Assembly (NCBI GenBank): GCA_964196475.1 | Contig: CAXMUI010000035.1 | Location: 1-52,227 of the forward strand | Source: an uncultured Acidimicrobiia bacterium | GTDB lineage: Bacteria > Actinomycetota > Acidimicrobiia > Acidimicrobiales > JAHEJN01 | Direction of reading: 5' to 3' | DNA length: 52,227 nt | Part shown: positions 1-10,082 of the stretch, in pieces | How the letters are laid out: every line of letters begins with the position of its first letter | How positions within the stretch are numbered: position 1 is the stretch's first letter | Position numbers and translations under genes: made by a program | The notes under the pieces: model-generated | The model's input: the letters and a program-made list of their open reading frames with translations, nothing else | Told to the model about the DNA's origin: nothing | Databases searched by the model: none

Positions 1-1012
1 CAGTGCCGAGAATTTCGAATGCTGCGAGGGCTCCCGAGTCGGTGGAACCGTCGTCGGCGAACGCCAGACCGAGTTCTTTCAACAGCAATTCGGCCGTGGT
101 GTTGTCGCTGAAGGTCAACATCTCGTCAACGATTTCAATCAACGGGAGGGATTCGATGGTGGCAATTTCAACCAACCCTTCCGGTAGTTCCACAACATTT
201 CGACTACCGCCCAGGATCGTGACCTCACGAACTTCCAGGAGGTCATCGAAGGCCTGTGCCGTATGCAATGCCGGGTCGCCAGCCGGTGTGGAGAAGACGC
301 CTGGTTCACGCACTTCGGGAAAGGCCACAAATCCATCGTCAAGCATCATGGCGCCCAATGGTCCGGTATTTCCATCGCGGGCCAAGTTCGTGCCGTCCCA
401 AGCTGTGGGCTGACGGAGATTGTCATAGCGGCTTTCGTTAGCCACAACGCCGCCCGTAATGGACGTGATGCCTAGCCCAATTACCGTGTCAGCGAGCGCA
501 TCGGCGCTGGTGTACGGAAAGGCACGGGGATACGAAGCGACATAGGCATCGGTATGAAACAGCGGGTCGCCTCCACCAATCAAGAACAAATCCCCTTCAA
601 GGACACCGTCGACTGGTGCACCGGCGGCCATAACCGCTGTACGGAAAGTAAAATCCGGACCAAGATGTTGCAACACCGCATGCGCGGTGACAAGTTTCTG
701 CAACGAGGCTGGCGCCAGGCCGACTTGACCCTTAGCACTAAACAGATCTTGGCCATCTGCATCGTGAGCCACTAGGCAGCTCAACGAGGGCATTTGCGAC
801 GCAACGAGCTGGAGATCCAGCCTGACCAGCTCAAAGGCGCGCGGTTCGGCCAATACATCCGGAATGCGCCGGGCCGACAGCATCGGCGTAGCGGGAGAAA
901 CTATGTCGGCCCTTGCCTCGGCGGTAGGGGTTTGCTCACCGCGGTCGTCGCTAATGCGAAATGCCAAGAATGCTGCGGCAATGAGGATGACAGGAAGGAG
1001 GAGACGACGCAT
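1..1012 (-). CDS. dacB: D-alanyl-D-alanine carboxypeptidase/endopeptidase, PBP4 / peptidase S13 family (C-terminal part lies beyond window start)
   Basis: Hand translation of the minus strand from ATG at 1012..1010 stays open to position 1. It gives MRRLLLPVILIAAAFLAF (signal-like), PASLQKLVTA (SxxK), GDLFLIGGGDP and TFSDNTTAELLLKELG (SxN). It is absent from the ORF track because it has no in-window stop. Confidence 0.8.
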   Translation of the reverse strand, partial: MRRLLLPVILIAAAFLAFRISDDRGEQTPTAEARADIVSPATPMLSARRIPDVLAEPRAFELVRLDLQLVASQMPSLSCLVAHDADGQDLFSAKGQVGLAPASLQKLVTAHAVLQHLGPDFTFRTAVMAAGAPVDGVLEGDLFLIGGGDPLFHTDAYVASYPRAFPYTSADALADTVIGLGITSITGGVVANESRYDNLRQPTAWDGTNLARDGNTGPLGAMMLDDGFVAFPEVREPGVFSTPAGDPALHTAQAFDDLLEVREVTILGGSRNVVELPEGLVEIATIESLPLIEIVDEMLTFSDNTTAELLLKELGLAFADDGSTDSGALAAFEILGT

Positions 1013-1155
1013 GAAATTCAAATCTTAGGCCGTACACCCGACATGTACCTCTCACGCCGCAAGTTCGTCCTAAATTCAGGACGCCGAGGCGCCGTTAACA
1101 GGGCTAGGGTCAAACGCATCGCACGCCAAATTGGCCTTCAACCCCTTGGAGAACC

Positions 1156-1587
1156 GTGGAAATTGTTGCCGCTTTGTTCATTGAGAACATCGACATGCGC
1201 CAAGCCGCCGGACCATCGACCCGCATCGACCTCACTGGCATCCATTTTTCACTGGCCGCGCCCAGCGAGTTTCCCGTGACATTGACGCCTCACCTCGTTG
1301 TCCTCGCGCATTGCGCAGAAAATAGCGATGGCTTTGGCGCCTTGGAAGTCGTATTCGAACGCCAGGTCGACGGCGAGACTGTTGAGGTTGCTAAGAGCAC
1401 CCAACCGGTTCAGATCGAACCAGGTAAGTTCACTCGACAACTTGTTCAGGCGCAGCTTCCCTTCGACGAGCCCGGCACGGTTGTTGCTCACTGCCGCCTC
1501 GCGGGCGGACCGATCACCACAGTTCCATACAGCGTCTTGCCTTATGTGCCGGGTGCTGCCGTTGCCCAAGACAACATCACCTCGTAA
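1156..1587 (+). CDS. hypothetical protein (143 aa)
   Basis: GTG-initiated track ORF with a GGAGA Shine-Dalgarno-like motif just upstream. It fills the gap between the PBP4-like gene and tkt. No motif recognised. Confidence 0.45.
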   Translation: MEIVAALFIENIDMRQAAGPSTRIDLTGIHFSLAAPSEFPVTLTPHLVVLAHCAENSDGFGALEVVFERQVDGETVEVAKSTQPVQIEPGKFTRQLVQAQLPFDEPGTVVAHCRLAGGPITTVPYSVLPYVPGAAVAQDNITS

Positions 1588-1661
1588 CCACTTTCACCCA
1601 TGCACATCAGCCAGCTAAAGCACAGCACTCAGTCAATGCACAGCAGAAAGCCACTTCAGCA

Positions 1662-3632
1662 ATGAGCACCGAAATCGAAAGCCGAGCGATAAACGTCATC
1701 CGTGGTTTGGCTATGGATGCACCTCATAAAGCATCGTCAGGCCACCAAGGAACAGCCATGGCGCTCGCTCCGTTGGCCCATGTGCTGTATACGCGCATCA
1801 TGAACTACGACGCGTCAACTCCCGGCTGGGCCGATCGCGACCGTTTCGTTCTTAGCCCTGGTCACGCGTCGATTCTTCAGTACGCGATTTTGCACTTGAC
1901 TGGCTTCGGACTTTCCCTCGACGACCTCAAGGAATTTCGTCAGTGGGACAGTGCTACACCCGGTCATCCAGAGGCGGGCCACACCGCAGGAGTTGAGACA
2001 ACAACAGGCCCCCTGGGTCAGGGCATCGCTAGTGCTGTCGGCATGGCACTGTCGGAACGGTGGCTCCGTGCCCGTTTTGGTGAGGACATCACTAGTCACT
2101 ACACCTACGCCATTTGTGGCGATGGCGACCTTTCTGAGGGATTAAGTCACGAAGCCGCTTCGTTTGCCGGAATTCAGGGTCTAGGCCGTCTCATTTGCCT
2201 TTATGACGACAACCACATCTCGATCGATGGACCAACCGAGATTGCCCTCAACGACGACGCTGCCAAGCGCTTCGAGGCCTATGGCTGGCATGTCGAAGAT
2301 CTCGGCGAGTTATCCGAGGACCTCGATGCATTGGAGGCCGCCATCAATCGGGCCAAAGATGTCACCGAACAACCAACCCTGCTCATTGTTCGCTCCCACA
2401 TTGGCTACCCGTCGCCGTCTCATACCGACGATCCTCATGCTCATGGTTACGTCTTCAAGGATGATCAAATAGCTGAGGCCAAGGCGGCCATGGGCATGCC
2501 AAACGCGCCCTTCTATGTCCCTGACGATGTACTCGCCTTCTACCGCACCGCGGGCGAGCGCGGAGCCGAGGCCAAGTCTGCTTGGGCTAGCCGTCTTGCC
2601 GAGTCGTCGATCGACCGGGCGAATTACGAGGCATGTGTAACGGGCGCCGCCTCCGAGGATTGGGTCAACGCGCTACCGATTTATGATGCGGGCGCCACAA
2701 TCGCCACGCGTAACGCCTCCAAAGGTGCCCTGCAAGCCCTCGCCACTGGCCTTCCTGGTCTCATTGCTGGCGCCGCCGATCTCACCGGCAACACCGGTGT
2801 CGCCTTGTCGAGTGACGAATTCCCGCTGAGCATCGAGAACCCCGACGGCCGTCAGTTGTACTACGGCATCCGTGAACACGCCATGGGGGCCGTCATGAAC
2901 GGTATTGCCCAACACGGTGGTCTTCTTCCGGTTGGTGGAACGTTCCTGGTATTTAGCGACTACATGCGACCCGCAGTGCGGATGGCAGCATTAATGGGGT
3001 CAAAGGTTGTCTACTCGTGGACCCACGACAGTGTCGGTGTCGGCGAGGACGGGCCCACCCACCAACCCATCGAACATGTAGTCGCTTTGCGATCGATTCC
3101 TGGGCTTCAGGTCATTCGCCCCGCCGATGGCAATGAGACCAACGCAGCATGGCGTATGGCAATGGACACGGCTGGGCCTACCGCCCTGATCCTCACGCGC
3201 CAGAACGTACCCACATTAGATGGATCCGAAGTCTATGAAGATGTCGCCAAGGGCGGTTATGTCTTGGTGAGCGCCGACAACCCCGATGTTGTACTTATCG
3301 GCACTGGTTCTGAGGTTCAGCATTGTGTTGCGGCTGCGCAAACTCTCACGTCCGAGGGTCTGTCGGTTCAGGTGGTCAGCTTGCCGTGTTGGTCACGTTT
3401 CGATGGTCAGGACAAGGCCTACCGTGACTACGTATTGCCCACCGGAGTTCCTACCGTCTCTATCGAAGCCGGGGTCACGTTGGGCTGGCGCGCTTACGCC
3501 GATGTCGCCATTGGTATCGATCACTTCGGAGCCTCCGCCCCAGCTGAGACTGTGATGACTAAGTTCGGTATTACCTCCGACAACATGGCCCAAACCGCAC
3601 GTAATCTTCTGGCTAACCGAAAGACGCTCTAA
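1662..3632 (+). CDS. tkt: transketolase
   Basis: 656 aa ORF with transketolase signatures HQGTAMALAP, GDGDLSEG and EDGPTHQPIEH. Confidence 0.97.
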   Translation: MSTEIESRAINVIRGLAMDAPHKASSGHQGTAMALAPLAHVLYTRIMNYDASTPGWADRDRFVLSPGHASILQYAILHLTGFGLSLDDLKEFRQWDSATPGHPEAGHTAGVETTTGPLGQGIASAVGMALSERWLRARFGEDITSHYTYAICGDGDLSEGLSHEAASFAGIQGLGRLICLYDDNHISIDGPTEIALNDDAAKRFEAYGWHVEDLGELSEDLDALEAAINRAKDVTEQPTLLIVRSHIGYPSPSHTDDPHAHGYVFKDDQIAEAKAAMGMPNAPFYVPDDVLAFYRTAGERGAEAKSAWASRLAESSIDRANYEACVTGAASEDWVNALPIYDAGATIATRNASKGALQALATGLPGLIAGAADLTGNTGVALSSDEFPLSIENPDGRQLYYGIREHAMGAVMNGIAQHGGLLPVGGTFLVFSDYMRPAVRMAALMGSKVVYSWTHDSVGVGEDGPTHQPIEHVVALRSIPGLQVIRPADGNETNAAWRMAMDTAGPTALILTRQNVPTLDGSEVYEDVAKGGYVLVSADNPDVVLIGTGSEVQHCVAAAQTLTSEGLSVQVVSLPCWSRFDGQDKAYRDYVLPTGVPTVSIEAGVTLGWRAYADVAIGIDHFGASAPAETVMTKFGITSDNMAQTARNLLANRKTL

Positions 3633-4720
3633 TGACGCTTCTGCACGATCTCTACAACCACAACCGCCAAAGTCCGTGGCTCGACAACTTGCGTCGTAGC
3701 TGGGTCAGCGGTGGCGAACTTCAGCAGTGGGTCGATGATGGTGTACGAGGCATCACCTCAAACCCTTCGATCTTCCAGAAGGCGATTGAAGGAGCGGCCG
3801 ATTACGACGAACAATTCCGGGCCTCCATCGCGGCCGGCAAGACCATCGAGGAGTCCTATTGGGACCTTGTGGTCACCGACATCGAGTCTGCCCTGGCATT
3901 ACTACGCCCCGTTTACGACGAGTCCCAATACCTCGACGGCTATGTGTCGGTCGAGGTGGCCCCCAGCCTGGCCCGGCAGACGGACGGCACCATGACCGCA
4001 GCCCGCGAGCTTTGGGACCGGATCAACAAGCCCAATCTTTATGTCAAGATTCCTGGCACCGTCGAAGGATTACCGGCGATAAAGCAGATGCTGGCCGAGA
4101 AGCGCAGCATTAACGTCACTCTTTTGTTTTCGCTGTCTCGCTACCGCGAAGTCATGGAGGCTTACCTCAGCGGGCTAGAGCATGCCGACGGTGATCTGTC
4201 GCAGGTTTCCAGCGTTGCGTCGTTCTTTATCTCGCGCGTTGATGTAGCTGTCGACGCGGAGCTCGACGCCATTGGGACGCCCGAGGCGATGGCATTACGC
4301 GGCAAGGTAGCCGTGGCGAACGGCATCCTGGCATACGAAGCCTTCCGTGAAACCTTCAAGGGCCCGCGATGGGACGCACTTGTGGCCCGAGGAGCCAAGT
4401 ACCAACGTCCGCTGTGGGCCTCCACGTCCACCAAGGACCCCTCGTTCCCCGACACGCTGTATGTCGATGCGCTTATTGGTCCTCACACCGTGAACACGAT
4501 TCCCGATTCCACGCTTGAGGCCTTTGTCGATCATGGAACCGTGAGTCGCACTATCGATGATGATGTCGCTGGTGCCCACGCAATAGTCGACGGTCTGGCC
4601 GCGTTGGGAATTGATCTCGAAACCATCACCGACGAACTCGAAGCCGTTGGCGTCGCATCGTTCGAAAGCAGCTTCGACACCTTGTTGGATTCCTTAACCG
4701 CCAAGGCCGCCAGCTTCTAG
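3632..4720 (+). CDS. tal: transaldolase (long actinobacterial type)
   Basis: 362 aa ORF. Its start overlaps the tkt stop (TAATG at 3630..3634). Motifs SPWLDNL, GITSNPSIF and NLYVKIPGT (Schiff-base Lys region). Confidence 0.95.
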   Translation: MTLLHDLYNHNRQSPWLDNLRRSWVSGGELQQWVDDGVRGITSNPSIFQKAIEGAADYDEQFRASIAAGKTIEESYWDLVVTDIESALALLRPVYDESQYLDGYVSVEVAPSLARQTDGTMTAARELWDRINKPNLYVKIPGTVEGLPAIKQMLAEKRSINVTLLFSLSRYREVMEAYLSGLEHADGDLSQVSSVASFFISRVDVAVDAELDAIGTPEAMALRGKVAVANGILAYEAFRETFKGPRWDALVARGAKYQRPLWASTSTKDPSFPDTLYVDALIGPHTVNTIPDSTLEAFVDHGTVSRTIDDDVAGAHAIVDGLAALGIDLETITDELEAVGVASFESSFDTLLDSLTAKAASF

Positions 4721-4819
4721 TACCGCAGACTGCCCTTCGTTCTCATGTCCAAACCGAACCTTATGCCAACACGACCGGTGCGGTGCCTATTGAACATCAC
4801 CGCAGGCTAGACACTACCC

Positions 4820-5863
4820 ATGCCCCTCCCCGAGTTTCGCAAAAGCCATGTCGGTAACCCAGACCTGTATGAGCCCATGACTCAGTTGGTCGAAACCATC
4901 GCGGCTACCACCGACTCTGCTGACAACGCCGACGTCTTCTATGAACTCTTGGCCACTGTGGCAAGGCTGGCCGATGGCGCAGCAGATCGCAGCGACTTAG
5001 AGCGCCTGAGCGACATGCTCAAGGAACTGCGGACCGCCATCGACATCTTTGCCAAACACGCCGACAAACGGAAGGTGTCGATCTTTGGGTCGGCTCGTAC
5101 CAAACCGGATGAGCCGCATTACCAACTGGCCTACAACGTGGCGGCAGCCATGGTCGAACATGATTGGATGATCATGACGGGCGGCGGCCCCGGAATAATG
5201 ACCGCAGGTATGGAGGGCGGCGGTCGCGCAAACTCCTTTGGTCTCAGTATTGTTTTACCGTTCGAAACTGAGCCACCTGAGATACTTGCGCGCGATCCCA
5301 AACTCATTGACTTCAAGTACTTTTTCACGCGCAAATTGCATCTCGTTAAGGAATCCGATGGCTTTGCTATGTTCCCAGGCGGGTTCGGGACCATGGACGA
5401 AACGTTCGAATTGTTAACGCTGATGCAAACCGGACAGACTCCCCTTGCTCCGGTCGTGCTTATGGACGGCGGCATGTCTTACTGGGAACGATGGGTTGAC
5501 TTTGTCAAGACCGACCTGAGCGACAATGGACTAATTGCTGAAGACGACCTCGCCATGTTTCTGCTTACCAACGATGTCCGGGAAGCCACAGACGAGATAT
5601 GTGGCTTCTACAGCACCTTTCACTCACAGGAACAAACGTCGGACCAGTTGGTTCTTCGGCTTGAACGCGAACTTGAGTCGGACGAGTTGACCTCGCTAAA
5701 CCGACGGTTCTCTGGTTTATTGGTGAGTGGCTCAATCGATCATGTCGACCCGCACCGCGAGGAAATTGACAATCTTGAGCGACCGCGCATTGGTTTCCAC
5801 TACAACCAGCGGTCGGCCGGACAACTGCGGCTACTTATCAATCAAATCAACCAACGAGACTAG
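4820..5863 (+). CDS. LOG / TIGR00730-family Rossmann protein with N- and C-terminal extensions (PpnN-like nucleotide 5'-monophosphate nucleosidase candidate)
   Basis: Motifs VSIFGSART and PGGFGTMDETFE (PGGxGTxxE LOG signature). The 347 aa length includes extra terminal domains, as in PpnN/YgdH-type proteins. Confidence 0.85.
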   Translation: MPLPEFRKSHVGNPDLYEPMTQLVETIAATTDSADNADVFYELLATVARLADGAADRSDLERLSDMLKELRTAIDIFAKHADKRKVSIFGSARTKPDEPHYQLAYNVAAAMVEHDWMIMTGGGPGIMTAGMEGGGRANSFGLSIVLPFETEPPEILARDPKLIDFKYFFTRKLHLVKESDGFAMFPGGFGTMDETFELLTLMQTGQTPLAPVVLMDGGMSYWERWVDFVKTDLSDNGLIAEDDLAMFLLTNDVREATDEICGFYSTFHSQEQTSDQLVLRLERELESDELTSLNRRFSGLLVSGSIDHVDPHREEIDNLERPRIGFHYNQRSAGQLRLLINQINQRD

Positions 5864-5867
5864 GTAA

Positions 5868-6074
5868 CTACCATTGCTCGTCGCGGTTGGGCTCTTGCAA
5901 TAAGAAGGCTGCCTTATCTACGGCCCGACGAGCCTTCGTGAGTCGTCGTTCGTCAACCGGAAGCTCGTTTCCACCGGCGTCTATGGACTCTTGCAGGCGC
6001 GAGATTGTGAGATCGGTTAGCTCCTCGGATATGCCGAGAAGTCGGGTCCGGATATCGTCAAACTCTCCTGCCAT
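5868..6074 (-). CDS. small hypothetical protein (68 aa from internal ATG; track ORF extends to 6173)
   Basis: Helical-looking MAGEFDDIRTRLLGISEELTDLTISRLQESID. It is convergent with the LOG gene and divergent from the M20 peptidase gene. No clear RBS; the start is uncertain. Confidence 0.35.
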   Translation of the reverse strand: MAGEFDDIRTRLLGISEELTDLTISRLQESIDAGGNELPVDERRLTKARRAVDKAAFLLQEPNRDEQW

Positions 6075-6094
6075 GTTCACATTGTGCACCCTGG

Positions 6095-7579
6095 GTGAGA
6101 CAATGTGCGGAACTGTCGCAATTAGTGCGCCCGATGAGCCACTATTCCCGTCCCCGGCATGCGGCGGGCCCATCTCATGCGTACCATGTTGTAGTGCCGG
6201 GATCCCCCCAACTTACGCAGTGGTATGACGCCAACGTCGACGAGATTACCGCGGGCCTGAGTAGGTGGATTGATATTCCCTCTGTCGCAGCTATTGACGG
6301 GTCGCAGGCTCACGTCGAACAAGCCGCTGCGTACGCGTCACGGTGGATGAACGCGGCCGGTTTCCGTCGCGCCACCATCCTTGACGGCGTATGTGCTCCA
6401 GCGGCATACGCAGAGTGGATGGGTGGCGGCGAAAGTGCCCCCACAGTTTTGGTCGTTGGCCACGCCGATGTTCAGCCGGCCGCACCATTTGACGAATGGT
6501 CTAGCCCGCCATTTGAGTCTGCAACGGTGAACGGCCGCATTGCTGGCCGAGGCAGTGCAGACGGTAAAGGCCCCATATTCGCGGCTATAGAGGCTGCTCG
6601 GGGTCTCATGGCTAGCAACCAAGCGCCCGCCCTCAACCTAAAGTTCCTCATTCAGGGCGAGGCCACCATCGGCAGTCCGAATCTCGACGCTCTGCTGGCC
6701 GCCGAATCAAACCGGTTAGCCGCCGACATCATTGTTGTGCCTGTAGCTGGTGCCAACATAGGCTCGGGGCCAGTAGTCGTGGCAGGCACTCGAGGGCTCC
6801 TCATAGTTACGGTGTCGATCCGTACCTCAACCCACGATTTGTACACGGGCAGCTATTCCGGTGCGGTGGTCAACCCGGTCGACGTTATGGCACAGATCAC
6901 GACCGACCTTCGTGGCCCGGACGGCAAGGTCCGCATACCGGGCTTTTACCACCGAGTTCGCACCCTCACGGCGCGTGGGCGAACCGTCCTCGACAGTCTC
7001 GGATTTGATGAACGAGCATGGCGTGAAGCGGGCGGCGTTCAAGCGGTGACAGGGGAAACCGGCTACACGATTTTAGAACGCCTCGTTGCCCGTCCGAGCG
7101 CCGATGTCATCTCGATCACGAGCGGCGATCGGTCCGATTCAATGAAGGCCGTCATACCTGGTGAGGCTACCGTCCGCCTTGCTTTCGGGTTAGTTCCGGA
7201 TCAGCAACCCCTGGAGGTTCTGGCCGCTTTTCGGTCTTGGCTGGAAGCCCGCATTCCCGACGGAGTCATTGCCAACGTCGATGTTCACGATGCAACGGCA
7301 CCTATGATTTCTGCCATTGACCGCCCGGCATTTAAGGCATTGGTCCGGGCAACGCGTACCGTCTGGGACTCCCCACCTGTCCTCTCCCGACACGGCGGCA
7401 CCGGGGCCCCATCCGCTCTACTAGAACATTTCCCTGACCACCCAATCCTTATGGTTCCGGTCGGCGACGCGAGCACGGGGGTCCACGCCCCCAACGAACA
7501 TCTCGACCACGCACAATTGCGTACTGCCACCGTCCTGTTTGGCGAACTTTGGCACGAACTCGCCAGGCTCCGACGATGA
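6095..7579 (+). CDS. M20 family metallopeptidase / dipeptidase
   Basis: Motifs GHADVQPAAPFDEWSSPPFE, GRGSADGKGP and PVGDASTGVHAPNEH. The true start is probably downstream (ATG 6134 or GTG 6194), which would give about 460 aa. Confidence 0.85.
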   Translation: MRQCAELSQLVRPMSHYSRPRHAAGPSHAYHVVVPGSPQLTQWYDANVDEITAGLSRWIDIPSVAAIDGSQAHVEQAAAYASRWMNAAGFRRATILDGVCAPAAYAEWMGGGESAPTVLVVGHADVQPAAPFDEWSSPPFESATVNGRIAGRGSADGKGPIFAAIEAARGLMASNQAPALNLKFLIQGEATIGSPNLDALLAAESNRLAADIIVVPVAGANIGSGPVVVAGTRGLLIVTVSIRTSTHDLYTGSYSGAVVNPVDVMAQITTDLRGPDGKVRIPGFYHRVRTLTARGRTVLDSLGFDERAWREAGGVQAVTGETGYTILERLVARPSADVISITSGDRSDSMKAVIPGEATVRLAFGLVPDQQPLEVLAAFRSWLEARIPDGVIANVDVHDATAPMISAIDRPAFKALVRATRTVWDSPPVLSRHGGTGAPSALLEHFPDHPILMVPVGDASTGVHAPNEHLDHAQLRTATVLFGELWHELARLRR

Positions 7580-8352
7580 CCACGCTCAAGCATCAGGCCG
7601 AGACGATCACCGAGATCGTTGCGGACGCTCGGGAATGGGTGGCCTTCACCGACGGCGAAGGCGACACCTGGCAATTCGACCTCAGCTTCATGCTAAGTAA
7701 CTACGAGTGCATATACGGAAACGGATGTTTGGGCATCGATTCCGAACCTGCCCCCGAGATGGCCGTAGGGTGTTGCATGCATGGTGCTCACTTCGGCGAC
7801 GTCAACGATGAAGCCGACGTCGTCCAGAACGCCCGTCGCCTTACATCAGCGCAGTGGCAACACCACACTTCCGACGAAACCCAATGGTTCGTCGATATCG
7901 AACCTGGGGTGCGTGCCACCGCCACGGTTGACGGTGCCTGCGTTTTCCTTAACCGACCGGACTTCAAAGGAGGATCAGGGTGTGCTCTGCATATTGGTGC
8001 GGAGGAGGCATCCGAACGCCCGCTCGACTGGAAGCCCGATGTGTGTTGGCAAGTTCCCCTCCGTCTCGACGAGCACATTGACGACAACGGACATCACACT
8101 TGGTGGCTTCGCAGTTGGGAGCGTCGAGACTGGGGCGAAGGCGGAGTGGAGATGCACTGGTGGTGCACCGAGGACGACCGGGCCTTTGTCGGCAACGTTG
8201 CCACCTACCTAACTATGCGAGACGAGATCGTCGAAATGGTCGGTGAAGACGCCTACATGATGTTGGTGCAACATATTGATCGTGTTGGTGCCGCCCGATT
8301 TGCACGCCATCCTGCAAGCGTGCCTGTCGAACTTAAAGACACCAGTCGCTAA
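7576..8352 (+). CDS. conserved Cys-rich hypothetical protein (258 aa)
   Basis: ATGA start/stop overlap with the M20 gene at 7576..7579. Eight Cys occur in motifs ECIYGNGCLGI, GCCMHGAHF, GACVFLN, GCALH, DVCWQVPL and WWCTE. Good coding look. Confidence 0.7.
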   Translation: MTTLKHQAETITEIVADAREWVAFTDGEGDTWQFDLSFMLSNYECIYGNGCLGIDSEPAPEMAVGCCMHGAHFGDVNDEADVVQNARRLTSAQWQHHTSDETQWFVDIEPGVRATATVDGACVFLNRPDFKGGSGCALHIGAEEASERPLDWKPDVCWQVPLRLDEHIDDNGHHTWWLRSWERRDWGEGGVEMHWWCTEDDRAFVGNVATYLTMRDEIVEMVGEDAYMMLVQHIDRVGAARFARHPASVPVELKDTSR

Positions 8353-10013
8353 TGCGCTTTGGCATCCCACCCCAGGTTCGAATGCCTCGCATGGTGCTCG
8401 CCTCCGTCGCGGTCGGGGTAATGGTGGGCGCAACCGTGGCTGCCTTCGAATGGATCACCGTCAAGGTCATGCTCGACCATTTGCTCGAAAGGCCACTGTG
8501 GCAACAGGCCATCGCTCCCGGAGTTGGCCTGGCGTTGGCGGCCGGTTTTCTCCGCCTTGGCGGCAAAGATCTCAATTCGTCCACGTCGGACGAATACATT
8601 CGAGTCTTCCACGATCGCAACCCACGGTTACCCAAACGACACCTGGCCCCGAAGCTTCTGGCCGGTGTAGCCACCATCGGGTCGGGTGGGGCGCTAGGCC
8701 TTGAGGGCCCGTCGATTTTCGCCGGGTCGACCATCGGACTCGCCATGCAGGAGCGTTTCGGCAAACATTTTCGCCGGGATGAAACCAAGATGTTGCTTAC
8801 CGCGGGAGCCGCAGCAGGTGTAGGGGCAATTTTCCAGGCCCCGGCTACGGGTGTCATTTTTGCACTCGAATCGCCTTACCGAGACGACTTCACCCAGCGA
8901 GCCTTGCTGCCCTCGCTTTTTGCCTCCGCTTCGGCATGGGTCACCTTTGCGCTCATCGTGGGCACAGATTCGGTCCTGCCGTTCCTCGGGTCCGAGCAAC
9001 GAGAGTTGCACATTAGCGACATCGCAGGCGGAGCGTTGGTTGGGCTGTTGGCCGGATTCGGTGGCCGCACGGTCGCCTGGCTCATACGCAGGGCCAAAGA
9101 GATTGCGACCCGTTTTGCCCTCCTTCCCCGTCTTGTCGCCGGGTCGCTGCTCATGGCTGCGTTGGTCGTCGCCTCCGATGCTGCGTTTGGCGAGCCTCTG
9201 ACACTTGGCCCTGGTGTCGGTGCATTGGCATGGTTAATCAATGGCGATCACAGTCTTGCCCTCATTGCCGCTCTCTTCGGCTTTCGGCTAGCGGCAACAC
9301 TCACGTCTCTGGGCGCAGGAGGCACTGGCGGGTTATTTATTCCATTGGTAGTCCAGGGTGTCATCTTGGGGCGCATTGTGGGCGAGATCGCCGGAGGCAG
9401 TTCCTCAAGCCTCTACCCCACGCTCGGTCTGGCTGCATTTCTTGCGGCCGGGTATCGCGTGCCCATTGCCGCGGTAATGTTTGTGGCTGAATCCACAGGA
9501 GCCGGGGCCGCATATGTTGTTCCCGCTCTCGTTGCCGCCGCGGCGTCGCAGCTTTCGGCCGGATCTTCGTCCGTAGCTGCGTACCAACGTTCAGTCCGGC
9601 TAGGTCATGTCGAACACCGCCTCACATTGCCAATTACCGCGGCCCTTGACACGGATGTTCTCACAACACCTCCTGATGCCACCGCGTCAGAATTTGTCTT
9701 CGTCCATGTACTCGGACGACGGGTGACCGAAGTTCCCGTTGTCGACGGCGGGAAATATCTGGGCATGTGTTCGCTTACGCAACTCAACGATATTGACCGC
9801 GACAGCTGGGACGACACGCTCGTTGAACAACTGATGGACACCGACGCGCCTAGCGCTCAACCGTCGTGGACTCTACGCGACGCGGTGCAGGCGATGGAGA
9901 ACGCTCATGTGGACCAGATTGTTGTTGTAGATGCCAACGACAACTTCGTTGGTCTGGTTCAGGCAGAGCAAATCGTCAAACTAGATGAAATTCTGGACGC
10001 GACAGAGTCGTAG
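8352..10013 (+). CDS. ClC-family voltage-gated chloride channel with C-terminal CBS pair
   Basis: TAATG overlap with the upstream gene. Multi-pass membrane protein with GSGGALGLEGPS, GVIFALE and GGLFIPLV ClC motifs, and a soluble CBS-like tail (EVPVVDGGKYLGM, QIVVVDANDNFVGLV). Confidence 0.9.
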   Translation: MRFGIPPQVRMPRMVLASVAVGVMVGATVAAFEWITVKVMLDHLLERPLWQQAIAPGVGLALAAGFLRLGGKDLNSSTSDEYIRVFHDRNPRLPKRHLAPKLLAGVATIGSGGALGLEGPSIFAGSTIGLAMQERFGKHFRRDETKMLLTAGAAAGVGAIFQAPATGVIFALESPYRDDFTQRALLPSLFASASAWVTFALIVGTDSVLPFLGSEQRELHISDIAGGALVGLLAGFGGRTVAWLIRRAKEIATRFALLPRLVAGSLLMAALVVASDAAFGEPLTLGPGVGALAWLINGDHSLALIAALFGFRLAATLTSLGAGGTGGLFIPLVVQGVILGRIVGEIAGGSSSSLYPTLGLAAFLAAGYRVPIAAVMFVAESTGAGAAYVVPALVAAAASQLSAGSSSVAAYQRSVRLGHVEHRLTLPITAALDTDVLTTPPDATASEFVFVHVLGRRVTEVPVVDGGKYLGMCSLTQLNDIDRDSWDDTLVEQLMDTDAPSAQPSWTLRDAVQAMENAHVDQIVVVDANDNFVGLVQAEQIVKLDEILDATES

Positions 10014-10082
10014 CCAGCACTGCTACTTTCGTACCGGCATCGCACGTGAATCTGTGGCACACGGAATTTCTGAACGTGTCAG

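Noticed and set aside
3-1279. Plus-strand track ORFs 3..413, 256..441, 263..475, 554..775 and 794..1279
   Set aside because: All but the 3' part of 794..1279 lie antisense to, or overlap, the well-supported PBP4-like minus-strand gene (1..1012). They have Arg/Ser/Pro-rich shadow-frame composition.
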